Virus record (IMG/VR): IMGVR_UViG_3300034417_000033
Coordinates: 42,908 to 106,907 of that record
Direction: 5' to 3' (one strand)
Length of the DNA stretch: 64,000 bases
From: a virus
Position numbers and translations under genes: made by a program. The notes beneath the pieces are model-generated. The model had not been told where the DNA came from. It was given only the letters and a program-made list of their open reading frames with translations, and did not search any database. The stretch's first letter is position 1, and every line of letters starts with the position of its first letter. Shown here piece after piece: positions 47,708 through 56,158 of this stretch.

Positions 47708-48820
47708 CTTCTTTTTAAAGGGATTCAACGGACGCACCCACTTGCCGTTGTCCATATCAAAGCAGTAAAAGAACCATGTTAGGAAGAACGATCCGAACAC
47801 TGAAAGGAAAGCAGCAAACCACATCAGTCCTTCTGGAGGCTGAATGGAATCCATTAGGTACTTAAAGTGCTCCATAGGTTCCCGATCAAAGTGTGCTAAC
47901 ACGTTATCTGCAATAATGTCCAGCGTATGCACGTTTGCAACGGGCTCATCCATAATCAGATTACGCATTTTCACTTGCAACAACTCGTTGCCTTTGTTCT
48001 GCCCAATGGTGATAGTGTCTGTCCAAGCAATTTCCGGAAAGTGTGGTGTACCAAGTAGCACAATCACGTCGTTTTGCTTGCCGCCAACCCATGCTGCCTC
48101 AAGTGCATACCGGTAATCCTGCCCAGGTTCGTTCACAAGCACTACAATTATGTTTGCTTGTTTTTTCGGACCTGCAGATTTCAGCAATTCCGACAAGTGC
48201 GTATTCCATTCTTGCAAATTAGGAACATTTACGCCAACAGGAATAACACGGTTTGCATTGTAATAGTCATACACTTGCGGATACGCAGGAATCTTATTTG
48301 CAAAGAACTTGATGTTGTCTTGAGAAACCCTAAACAGCGTGTCTGGTGCTGCTTTAATGTAGTTGACATAAGAACTAGTTTTAGCAAACGGTTCCCCTGT
48401 TTGCACAGCAGACCATCGAGGTGGCTCCCTAGTTCCCTGACGGTCGATACGGGCAATATCTGTATCTCCCACGTTTGAGTGGACGACCCAGTCGTAATCA
48501 TGCGAGTGCTCATAACAAGTCGAACAGTGCTGTGAGCAGCTCCTGTTCTTTCCGGAACCGGAACAAGATGTATAACAGCGACACTGGTATGAGTGTGAGC
48601 AAGAAACAGTATCTCTCTCTTTCCCAGTCACCTCGCCGTTAAGAATTTGCGTATCATGCAAGGAAGTTGCAAAGCCAATTGCAACTAGGACACCAATGAT
48701 AATCAATGTGCCACCAATTTGGAAAGCACATTCCTTCCAAGTTACATTGTTACGGAAAACCATTCTGGAAATGAACATCCAGATAATGGGGAACAAGGAC
48801 AACATTATAAAATATTTCAC
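47690..48820 (-). CDS. membrane protein with Cys-rich extracytoplasmic segment
   Basis: Two N-terminal TMs, CSHSYQCRCYTSC...CSQHCSTCYEH, W.GGKQNDV, C-terminal TM. Confidence 0.7.
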   Translation of the reverse strand: MKYFIMLSLFPIIWMFISRMVFRNNVTWKECAFQIGGTLIIIGVLVAIGFATSLHDTQILNGEVTGKERDTVSCSHSYQCRCYTSCSGSGKNRSCSQHCSTCYEHSHDYDWVVHSNVGDTDIARIDRQGTREPPRWSAVQTGEPFAKTSSYVNYIKAAPDTLFRVSQDNIKFFANKIPAYPQVYDYYNANRVIPVGVNVPNLQEWNTHLSELLKSAGPKKQANIIVVLVNEPGQDYRYALEAAWVGGKQNDVIVLLGTPHFPEIAWTDTITIGQNKGNELLQVKMRNLIMDEPVANVHTLDIIADNVLAHFDREPMEHFKYLMDSIQPPEGLMWFAAFLSVFGSFFLTWFFYCFDMDNGKWVRPLNPFKKKLTSRY

Positions 48821-48856
48821 TTGCTATTACTCTATAAAATGGAAGGAAAACGGGTC

Positions 48857-49666
48857 TTACGACCCGAAGTTATCAGTAGTTGGTGCAGCAGCAGGTGCAG
48901 CCGAATCATTTACGCCAGTTGCAAGTTCAGTAGCAACAGTTTCGTTTGCAACACCGTATTCTGCAACCACTTCATACTCGCAGCAGCGACCTTTTGCACT
49001 GTTGTAGTCTACCGGAATAGACACAACATCACGCGGATTGACTTTCACAATCATTACGCGGTCAGTATCACGGCTACCGGACGAACCGAAGTGCTTTAAG
49101 TACGACTCGGAACAGAAGTGCAAGCCTTCCGAACAAGTGTTGCGAGCATCTTCGTTAACTTGGTTGCGGCGCATAGTGGGCTTGTCGCCTACTTTGTTCG
49201 AGAAAGTACCGGAATGGATATCCATGTAGTTCTCGCGAACTTTTTTGTACGCCAGGAAGTAACCATCCGAAGTAATCGGAAGGGTATTCTTTTCCAAGAA
49301 GCCAAACAGCTCATCAACTGCTCGTTTCGATGGGTTTTCCATCAAGTTGTTCAGGAAGTTTACCATCGGAGTGATTGGGAAGCCTTCACGGTACAAGTCA
49401 ATCAAACGCTTCGACAGTGCATTGTGCATCAGCTCGCCGTCGTAATGTACTTCGCCTTTAAGAATTTGAACTTTGCCTGCGCCGAAATCTTCCAGCGATT
49501 TCTTAAAGTCTACCAGTTTTTCAACTGCATCCCAATCTTCTGCTTTAATGGCTTCCACCACCTTAGCAAATTCTGGATGAGTATCCTTGCTAATGGTATG
49601 CGACTTGTTGTCGATTACCAAAACAAGATTTTTACCTTGCATCATGTATGGAATGTAGCCTGCCAT
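48857..49666 (-). CDS. rIIB: rIIB-like protein
   Basis: FL.NL.ENPS, LPITSDGYFLAYK, CSEGLHFC, VKVNPRDVVSIP.DY...KGRCCEYEV. Confidence 0.92.
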   Translation of the reverse strand: MAGYIPYMMQGKNLVLVIDNKSHTISKDTHPEFAKVVEAIKAEDWDAVEKLVDFKKSLEDFGAGKVQILKGEVHYDGELMHNALSKRLIDLYREGFPITPMVNFLNNLMENPSKRAVDELFGFLEKNTLPITSDGYFLAYKKVRENYMDIHSGTFSNKVGDKPTMRRNQVNEDARNTCSEGLHFCSESYLKHFGSSGSRDTDRVMIVKVNPRDVVSIPVDYNSAKGRCCEYEVVAEYGVANETVATELATGVNDSAAPAAAPTTDNFGS

Positions 49667-49690
49667 TTTGTTTCTCCAGTTAGTATAGTG

Positions 49691-51955
49691 TTAGTTTGAA
49701 TGTACAATCAGGTTAGAATCAACCGCGTTAATGTATTCTGCTGCAACCGTCATATCCTCGCGCAAATCATTGTCGGACCAATAGTTTCTGTCGGACATTA
49801 ACTTAATCATCGGATACTGCTTGTAGAACTCTGTTACAGAATTATACGCTTCATGCTCGTACTTGTCAATAGTTAATTTAGCGGAAAATGCTGCAATTGA
49901 CTTGAGCATCGACGTTTGTGTTTTCAGTTTTTCAATATCCGAATCCTGACCAAGTTTTACATCGCCGAGATGCTCAATTAGTGCGCCAGCTGCCGAGTTG
50001 TTTGAAAAAGTAATCCCTAATTTCCGGACGCCCAACACAAACGATTTGATTTGTCGTTCAGCTAGTACAGCAGATGCTAACAGTGTCTGACGAGCATGTG
50101 CTTCAGTAGTTTGGTCTGCTTTTTCAGCAATTGCATCAAAAATGTTTTTCCAGTTCTTAGCAGACTTGACTCCTTCGAGGCCTGCTTTACGAACGCCGTA
50201 AATACGTGAAGCAATTCCGGACGACGAAACAAAGTCCATTACCTTTTCAAAATTCCGGAATGCTGCCATTGCATGTTCAGCCACTGAACCTTCTGGTGTT
50301 TTGACCTCATAGCCGGATACTTCTACATAATAATATATAGTAGTGTCATCAAATTGGTAGTTTCCAGACCGATCGGAATCCCACAACCAACGTTTGCCTG
50401 AGCCGCGGTAGTCGCTGTAGTTTGGGTTTCTGGAATAAGCAACAGTATGGTTGCTTTCCACTTTTTCCTTTTTCGGTGCCTCTGGCATGTCGCTAACTTT
50501 TATGAATGTCGGATTGCCGAATTCCTTAGCAATTAACGCAACATACTTGTCTAGGCTTGCAGAAAAGTCAATTTTAGCCTTTTTGTTGTGCTCGAAGCCG
50601 ACCACAACGATATCTTTAGGCTTGCCTGCAAAATACAACCGCATTCTCTGCAAATACGAGCGAGCATCATCACAAATAACAAACACTGTGCTTTCTGAAA
50701 AACCAATATTGTGATAGAACCGGTCAGGCAACCCTTTTGTTTGACGGGAATGATCGTAATCTCGCTGCGGTGATTCACGGCGAAGACCTTTATATCCGGA
50801 AGCATACTCTGCAAACGTCATTCCTTTCGGAAACGAATCCAAATACACAGGACGACTCGAAGTATGAGAATAGCAACCTGAGGTACCGTTTCGATCATAA
50901 GTAAAGTACGAATCAAGTCCAGCGGCTACCCATGCAACTTTAACTGCTGCACCTAAGTAGTTGTCGTTCATGTACTTCTTCAAATACAGAATCTTTTCCC
51001 AATCAGTAGTCAGTTCCTTCATTTTCCCAGCAATGTATACAGACACATCTGCAATAATTGCTTGGGCTCGAACAGTAATGTTTGCCAACGTTTTCTTATC
51101 ATACGACAGTTCTTCACGTGACGCTGCAACATCAAGTTCGCCCATTGCGAACTCAATCACCAGCGGGTTGTATGCAAGGAATCGATACAAGTCAGCATCA
51201 ATACCTGCTGGATCGAGAGGATACTCTACGCCGCCTTGGATAGCAACAGATCCGCCTTGCCCTTTTCGGAAACGGACGCCTGGGGAAACAGCAGAACGCT
51301 CTGCTTCATAAACAGAACGGATGTGAACTTCTTTTAGGTCGGCGCCAGTAAAATTCGGCAGCACCTTAAAGTGGCGCAGTGCATGGCAAGTCTCATCACG
51401 AATTTGACGAATGTCATTATCGTTTGTGAGTGGGAATTTTACTTCAATCCCAGGAGCGTCGTCACTGTCAGCTTCAGTCATCAACAAAATGGATGGGACG
51501 CCTTGTTCGTTAATGAATGCACTGTAATTGCGCACTTTTCCGTCCATGTACGCTGCAACAGTAAAGTTGTCAGTGTAGCTGAATGGGGATTTAGAGCCTA
51601 AACCAAAAGCGCCAATCTGGTCGTTCGACTGTGTTTTGCTCGAGGAAAAGTAAGTTGAATACAGGGACAAAATACCTGCGTGATCTAGGCTAGTGCCATA
51701 GTCACGAATGGAAAACCACGGTTCCAAAGTAGTTGGCAAGTGCAAGTCAAACGGAACGTCTGCTTTCTTAGCCATAACATGGCTGTCCAATGCGTTACAG
51801 GAAAGTTCACGCACAATTGCCCGCAGCTTGTTTTTGTACAGCCCGGACGACAGAATCTTGAATGCTTTAGCAGAGTTCTTAATCTGGAATTCATTAGAAG
51901 CATTCTCTACGTTTCCAATAATAACTACTTCTGCTTGGTCGCCTGTTAAAATCAC
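49691..51955 (-). CDS. rIIA: rIIA-like protein
   Basis: KAF.ILSSGLY.NK..AIVREL.CNA.DSH, IRDYG, GAFGLGSKSPFSYTD, SREELSY. Confidence 0.92.
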   Translation of the reverse strand: MILTGDQAEVVIIGNVENASNEFQIKNSAKAFKILSSGLYKNKLRAIVRELSCNALDSHVMAKKADVPFDLHLPTTLEPWFSIRDYGTSLDHAGILSLYSTYFSSSKTQSNDQIGAFGLGSKSPFSYTDNFTVAAYMDGKVRNYSAFINEQGVPSILLMTEADSDDAPGIEVKFPLTNDNDIRQIRDETCHALRHFKVLPNFTGADLKEVHIRSVYEAERSAVSPGVRFRKGQGGSVAIQGGVEYPLDPAGIDADLYRFLAYNPLVIEFAMGELDVAASREELSYDKKTLANITVRAQAIIADVSVYIAGKMKELTTDWEKILYLKKYMNDNYLGAAVKVAWVAAGLDSYFTYDRNGTSGCYSHTSSRPVYLDSFPKGMTFAEYASGYKGLRRESPQRDYDHSRQTKGLPDRFYHNIGFSESTVFVICDDARSYLQRMRLYFAGKPKDIVVVGFEHNKKAKIDFSASLDKYVALIAKEFGNPTFIKVSDMPEAPKKEKVESNHTVAYSRNPNYSDYRGSGKRWLWDSDRSGNYQFDDTTIYYYVEVSGYEVKTPEGSVAEHAMAAFRNFEKVMDFVSSSGIASRIYGVRKAGLEGVKSAKNWKNIFDAIAEKADQTTEAHARQTLLASAVLAERQIKSFVLGVRKLGITFSNNSAAGALIEHLGDVKLGQDSDIEKLKTQTSMLKSIAAFSAKLTIDKYEHEAYNSVTEFYKQYPMIKLMSDRNYWSDNDLREDMTVAAEYINAVDSNLIVHSN

Positions 51956-51987
51956 TTAACTACCCTCGTTTGTCTGTGTATGCGTAC

Positions 51988-52016
51988 ATTATAGTGACAT
52001 GTGGAACTGATGTCAA
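51988..52016 (-). promoter_or_regulatory. sigma70-type promoter for the rII operon
   Basis: TTGACA-17-TATAAT. Confidence 0.8.
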
Positions 52017-52032
52017 CTGATTTCCGGAAATA

Positions 52033-52449
52033 TTACCAAGAAATACTCAGAAGAATACTGTCGTCCGGTTGCATCCCAAAGTGCTTGATTAGGCCCTGGT
52101 TAAACTGCCACAAAACGTCATCGTCTTCCGGCGATTCCTCCGAATGCACATCGCTAATGTACCAGCTAATGTAGCAATCGTTGCCGGGGAACTCAATTTC
52201 TTTAAGAACTTCACGGCGCCACACATCTTTTCCGGAAAGTTTTCCCAATAACCGAGATTTTTGATCACTTTCGATCAAATACCCTTCCTTCTGCGCAATA
52301 TACTCTGCTACCTGGAAGAATTCAAACACCTTCTTTAATTCCGGCTCTGGTTTGTCACACGACCAACAGTGGGCGCCATAATGTAGGTAAAGTACAGTTC
52401 CGCATTTTTTACACTGTTCGCCTGTCATATTTTTCCCCAAAGTAATCAT
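52033..52449 (-). CDS. hypothetical protein with N-terminal zinc ribbon
   Basis: CKKC...CWSC. Confidence 0.6.
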   Translation of the reverse strand: MITLGKNMTGEQCKKCGTVLYLHYGAHCWSCDKPEPELKKVFEFFQVAEYIAQKEGYLIESDQKSRLLGKLSGKDVWRREVLKEIEFPGNDCYISWYISDVHSEESPEDDDVLWQFNQGLIKHFGMQPDDSILLSISW

Positions 52450-52738
52450 CTAGTTGTTCGTTAAAAGATAAGGTGTTAAGTCTTTCCGGAATAGTTATCT
52501 TCTGTTCGCCTTTAACAAAAGTATTAAATCTGTTGTTTCGGCAAGATGCACACCCTGCCTTTCCACAATCCATAGAAGACTGTTTTCGGAATCGGCCGTA
52601 GGAATGGCAGAACGCACCAAATCTAGAAAGTTGCATAAACCATTCGGCTTCGCCATAATGAGAACGATAGATAGACATCTGTCTCTTACGGTACTGCTCT
52701 GTAAGATTGCGTCGGTGGCCCCGTTTCATATCCTTCAT
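52409..52738 (-). CDS. small basic Cys-containing hypothetical protein
   Basis: DCGKAGCASCRNNR; start MKDMKR 7 nt below the -10 box. Confidence 0.6.
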   Translation of the reverse strand: MKDMKRGHRRNLTEQYRKRQMSIYRSHYGEAEWFMQLSRFGAFCHSYGRFRKQSSMDCGKAGCASCRNNRFNTFVKGEQKITIPERLNTLSFNEQLDDYFGEKYDRRTV

Positions 52739-52744
52739 AGCCAC

Positions 52745-52773
52745 AGTATACAATGCACAATAAAGTTTGTCAA
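52745..52773 (-). promoter_or_regulatory. sigma70-type promoter, back-to-back with a plus-strand late promoter
   Basis: TTGACA-17-TATACT; GATAAATA on the plus strand at 52778-52785. Confidence 0.8.
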
Positions 52774-52867
52774 ATTAGATAAATAGTGGGAAGACAAAAC
52801 TTCCTCGTAAGCTCGGAATAATCCGTATAGCGACCACGAGTCCAAAAATTAATGGAGAAGAATAAAA

Positions 52868-53950
52868 ATGGGACGTCCGATTAAAAAGAAATTCTTTGGT
52901 AATGTTGCTAAGGCAGGATTCCAAATCTTAGGAACTGCATGGCTCGGCGGAGCAGCAGTACCAGCAGTTATCATCAAACAATCAGGTACTAGAAAGTATG
53001 TATTCTTTGATGGAACAAACACCGCAGTATGCACACTTGTTGCCACTGCTCCTGCTAAGGCAGGCGAAGCACGTATCACTGTTACTCCACCTGGTGGCGG
53101 CGCAGTTGAATACGCTAGAACAATTTTGCAACACCGAGTTAAAACATTCCAAGGTAAAGATTACGCTTGGGACAACACTGGCAAAGATAACGTCAAGTAC
53201 GCATTGCTTGGTACAGACACTGCACTCGATACGGCAGCGGCTGGTGCAACAGTTACAGGCACAACAGTTACAGCTGGTGCAGTTACAGGATTCACAGGAC
53301 TTGTGGGCGGCGCTGGGTACATCACAGCACCAGTTATCACAATCTCTGCTCCAAATGGCGTGAACGGTACAGCAGGCGCGGTTACAGTGAGTGCGACAGG
53401 AACAATTACTGGTATCGCTCTTGGAACAGCAGGATCTGGCTATTCAGCTGGCGCAAAAACAGTTACACTCTCTGCTCCTAACGGAACAAGTGCTGTTCTT
53501 GGTGCAGTGACCGTAACAGGTGATGCAATTACAGCTATCGCAATCACTAACGGTGGTTCCGGTTATGCGGCAGGCCCGTTAACAGTTACTATCACTGGAA
53601 CTAACACAACACCTGCAACAGCAACAGCAACAGTTACCGCTGGCGTTATCACTGCTATCAACATCACAGCAGGCGGAACAGGTTATGTTACTGCTACAGC
53701 AACAGTACCAGCAGTTGTCAAAACACAGGCAGTGGCTACAGCAACAATTACCGCTGGCGCAATCAGCGCATACACTGTTACTACTCCTGGTGCGGGATAT
53801 GTTACTGCTACAGCAGTGCCGGCAGCAGTTGTCAAAACACAAGCTACAGCTACAGCAGTTCTTACAGCTGGCGCAGTGTCGAGCATTACAGGGCTGGTTG
53901 GTGGAGCAGGTTACGTTTCTGCTACAACAACAATTGCAGCACCGAACTAA
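52868..53950 (+). CDS. Thr/Ala/Gly-rich virion decoration or fibre-like protein with six GxGY repeats
   Basis: MGRPIKKKFFG N-domain, six ~38-aa repeats, own late promoter and terminator. Confidence 0.75.
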   Translation: MGRPIKKKFFGNVAKAGFQILGTAWLGGAAVPAVIIKQSGTRKYVFFDGTNTAVCTLVATAPAKAGEARITVTPPGGGAVEYARTILQHRVKTFQGKDYAWDNTGKDNVKYALLGTDTALDTAAAGATVTGTTVTAGAVTGFTGLVGGAGYITAPVITISAPNGVNGTAGAVTVSATGTITGIALGTAGSGYSAGAKTVTLSAPNGTSAVLGAVTVTGDAITAIAITNGGSGYAAGPLTVTITGTNTTPATATATVTAGVITAINITAGGTGYVTATATVPAVVKTQAVATATITAGAISAYTVTTPGAGYVTATAVPAAVVKTQATATAVLTAGAVSSITGLVGGAGYVSATTTIAAPN

Positions 53951-53971
53951 GTTTAAGTTTGGGAAGGAAAG

Positions 53972-54003
53972 AAAAAAGGAGCTCATTGAGCTCCTTTTTA
54001 TTT
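53972..54003. terminator. bidirectional intrinsic terminator
   Basis: AAAAAAGGAGCTC-ATT-GAGCTCCTTTTT between convergent genes. Confidence 0.85.
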
Positions 54004-54282
54004 GGACAACAATTCGTCATACATAGATTGATATGGCATCGTTGGAACACACTTTAACTTGCACACTAACAAATCATTAGCATTGGAAAACTGTATTGCA
54101 CAATAATCAACTTTTAGTGCTATTGGGTAGGAAGCATATGTTATACGGTTAGTAGTTCGAATTCGTTTAAACTGGAGGTATTTGACATTGTACTTCTTCA
54201 GATACCGTTTCAACGTCCTCCGGTGAGTCCAAGTCACTGTCGTCGAAACTATAGGGAAATCTGTGTCCGTCTGATAACTCAA
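53998..54282 (-). CDS. small hypothetical protein (FxxxxDLLxxKLK family)
   Basis: IQFSNANDLLVCKLKC. Confidence 0.55.
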   Translation of the reverse strand: MSYQTDTDFPIVSTTVTWTHRRTLKRYLKKYNVKYLQFKRIRTTNRITYASYPIALKVDYCAIQFSNANDLLVCKLKCVPTMPYQSMYDELLSK

Positions 54283-54463
54283 AAAGAAATGCCTCTTGTG
54301 AAGAATAAAATTTTACTGCGCAACGTCTAACACCTACACTGTCAATTCGCATAGAAATATTAAATTTAGAAAAGCCTTTACTAGTGAGATACGAAGTTAG
54401 CATGTGGCGACGTAACCAAGTATGCTGTGTCTTGAAAACTTTCTTTAAGTTTCTATGTTTCAA
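54167..54463 (-). CDS. small hypothetical protein (paralog of 53998..54282)
   Basis: TWLRRHML..YL...CAVKFYSSQEAFLFEL versus TWTHRRTL..YL...CAIQFSNANDLL. Confidence 0.5.
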   Translation of the reverse strand: MKHRNLKKVFKTQHTWLRRHMLTSYLTSKGFSKFNISMRIDSVGVRRCAVKFYSSQEAFLFELSDGHRFPYSFDDSDLDSPEDVETVSEEVQCQIPPV

Positions 54464-54466
54464 AAA

Positions 54467-54542
54467 TGGTACCCCCGACGAGATTTGAACTCATGTCTTC
54501 CCTTTAGGAGAGGGAGATTCTATCCGATTGAACTACAGGGGC
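54467..54542 (-). tRNA. tRNA-Arg(CCT)
   Basis: GCCCCTG acceptor, TAGTTCAATCGGATAGAA D-arm, TCCCT-CTCCTAA-AGGGA anticodon arm, GTTCAAATC T-loop, encoded CCA. Confidence 0.9.
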
Positions 54543-54546
54543 AAAT

Positions 54547-54695
54547 AACACCGTGGTGGGATCAGCTGTAACCCACTTGCAGTATATGCCTACTATAACG
54601 GCAACCAGTTTTAGCGAATATAACATCGAAGTAGCAATTGATTAGTAATCAATAACTCGCTTGCAGGTATCTGCCCTACCGGAAACCCGAACGTT
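54547..54695 (-). ncRNA. candidate structured ncRNA B, immediately upstream of tRNA-Arg
   Basis: Hairpins GCAG/CTGC, ATTGATT/AATCAAT, GCGAGT/ATTCGC, TGCC/GGCA, GTGGG/CCCAC. Confidence 0.5.
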
Positions 54696-54696
54696 T

Positions 54697-55170
54697 TTAT
54701 TTAGTCAGGTGATATGCTTGTTGTATTACCCAAGCATCTACGCCTGCACGGTGTCTTTCTCGAGTGGCAAACAACTCATTCTTCTTAAAGAAAAACTTTT
54801 GTTGCTGCCCTTCAGAAAACAAAAAGAACAAATTCTGAATGTCAAACAACCTGTCTGTTCTTGCTGCATGGAACAGACGATCTAACCAAAACGTTTCGTG
54901 GTATGATGAATCGCTGTAGCATGTGCAATCTGCTAATTGCCCGTTAAGGATCCTAGCAACTTCCACAACAGACAGACCTTCATCATACAAACGCTCTCTA
55001 GGAATGTTGTGTATCTTGGAGGATTCTTCACTCCAATCAGTCCATTTCTTTTCTGGTCGAATTAAATAGTTTTGTACTGTGCCGTCTTCAAGAACAAAGC
55101 CCACTTCAATAGGATAGGACTCTGCACTTAGGCTAGATGCTTCACAGTCTATAACAATTGGGAGGCTCAC
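54697..55170 (-). CDS. DEDDh 3'-5' exonuclease
   Basis: VIDCEAS, YPIEVG, HRAGVDA. Confidence 0.8.
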   Translation of the reverse strand: MSLPIVIDCEASSLSAESYPIEVGFVLEDGTVQNYLIRPEKKWTDWSEESSKIHNIPRERLYDEGLSVVEVARILNGQLADCTCYSDSSYHETFWLDRLFHAARTDRLFDIQNLFFLFSEGQQQKFFFKKNELFATRERHRAGVDAWVIQQAYHLTK

Positions 55171-55550
55171 TTCAAGTACATCCGCAGCATAAATTCCAAT
55201 TGTTTAGGATCCAAGTCAAGCAAATCTTTCTCTTCAAAAAATTCAAGAACTTTTCCCAACTCAGCATGACGTCCGCTAAACTGGTAATCTCCTTTTTCAA
55301 GGATATGCTGTATTGCAGAGAGAGGCATGTCTTCCGGATCCCACTGTCCTTCCAGTCCATAACAAGAACAATGCGAGCCAAACACTGCCCAAATTTTTCC
55401 TTTCTCAATAAAAAGGACAGATGCAGACCCCTCGTATGCTTCGCAATCATATGTAGCGAAGAGTGGACAGACATCGCGAAAGCGCTCTGTATCCGATACT
55501 TCGAAGTGTCCTAAAACATCTTCCCAATTATTAAAAGAACCGTAAAACAT
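55167..55550 (-). CDS. conserved phage hypothetical protein
   Basis: YEGSA.V...GSHCSCYGLEGQW.PE. Confidence 0.7.
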   Translation of the reverse strand: MFYGSFNNWEDVLGHFEVSDTERFRDVCPLFATYDCEAYEGSASVLFIEKGKIWAVFGSHCSCYGLEGQWDPEDMPLSAIQHILEKGDYQFSGRHAELGKVLEFFEEKDLLDLDPKQLEFMLRMYLK

Positions 55551-55559
55551 ATATTACCT

Positions 55560-55826
55560 TTATTTAAATCCTACCAATTCATCTTCCTTTAAAGTTTCTA
55601 AATACTTCAAGGAAAAGTTAAGAAACTCTTTTGAAAAAATCGAGTTATCATAAAAGATACCGATAATTTCAGACACTAGTTTCTTTTTAAACGTGAAATC
55701 ACTCCGATATTCGATCGGAATAATAGAGAATAGTTTGCTATAGAGCTGAGGAAAACTTTGATTAAAAATTTCCTCAGATTCTGAATTTTCGAATACTGCA
55801 CCTATTAAAGCTGCATCATATGACAT
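55560..55826 (-). CDS. hypothetical protein
   Basis: Start MSYDAA with GGAG RBS, below promoter 55846-55874 (TTGACA-17-TATAAT). Confidence 0.55.
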   Translation of the reverse strand: MSYDAALIGAVFENSESEEIFNQSFPQLYSKLFSIIPIEYRSDFTFKKKLVSEIIGIFYDNSIFSKEFLNFSLKYLETLKEDELVGFK

Positions 55827-55889
55827 AGTTAGTCTCCTTGCATATATTATAACAATATTAATGCAGTGTGTCAAGAAACTAAATAAAAA

Positions 55890-56150
55890 TTAATCCTTTT
55901 TAATCTTTGTTTCTTTAACTTGGTTTACTCGAATGTTAACATTATCGCTAGTGTCAGTTTTAAGATAAACAAACCTAGTAACAAACATTGCAGTTAAGCC
56001 AAATATACCAATCACTTTAAAAGGTACTATCGGGGAAGATGCGACAAGAACTAAAATTACTGAAGGCACTAAAAACATCAAAAAGCGCCACGGTTCTTTC
56101 ATTTTGTCATAATTTGCATGGAAGGAATTAAGTTTTTTTAATAGTTGCAT
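55890..56150 (-). CDS. small two-TM membrane protein
   Basis: GAGGT RBS, two hydrophobic segments, basic C-terminus. Confidence 0.55.
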   Translation of the reverse strand: MQLLKKLNSFHANYDKMKEPWRFLMFLVPSVILVLVASSPIVPFKVIGIFGLTAMFVTRFVYLKTDTSDNVNIRVNQVKETKIKKD

Positions 56151-56158
56151 GGGACACC

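Noticed and set aside
53220-53945. Possible CRISPR array or DNA tandem repeat
   Set aside because: The repeats are degenerate, in frame and protein-level; there are no identical repeats with unique spacers. No CRISPR array was seen anywhere in the window.
53579-54026. Cys-rich and Gln-rich alternative-frame ORFs
   Set aside because: By-products of ACA/GCA codon repeats in the Thr/Ala-rich gene.
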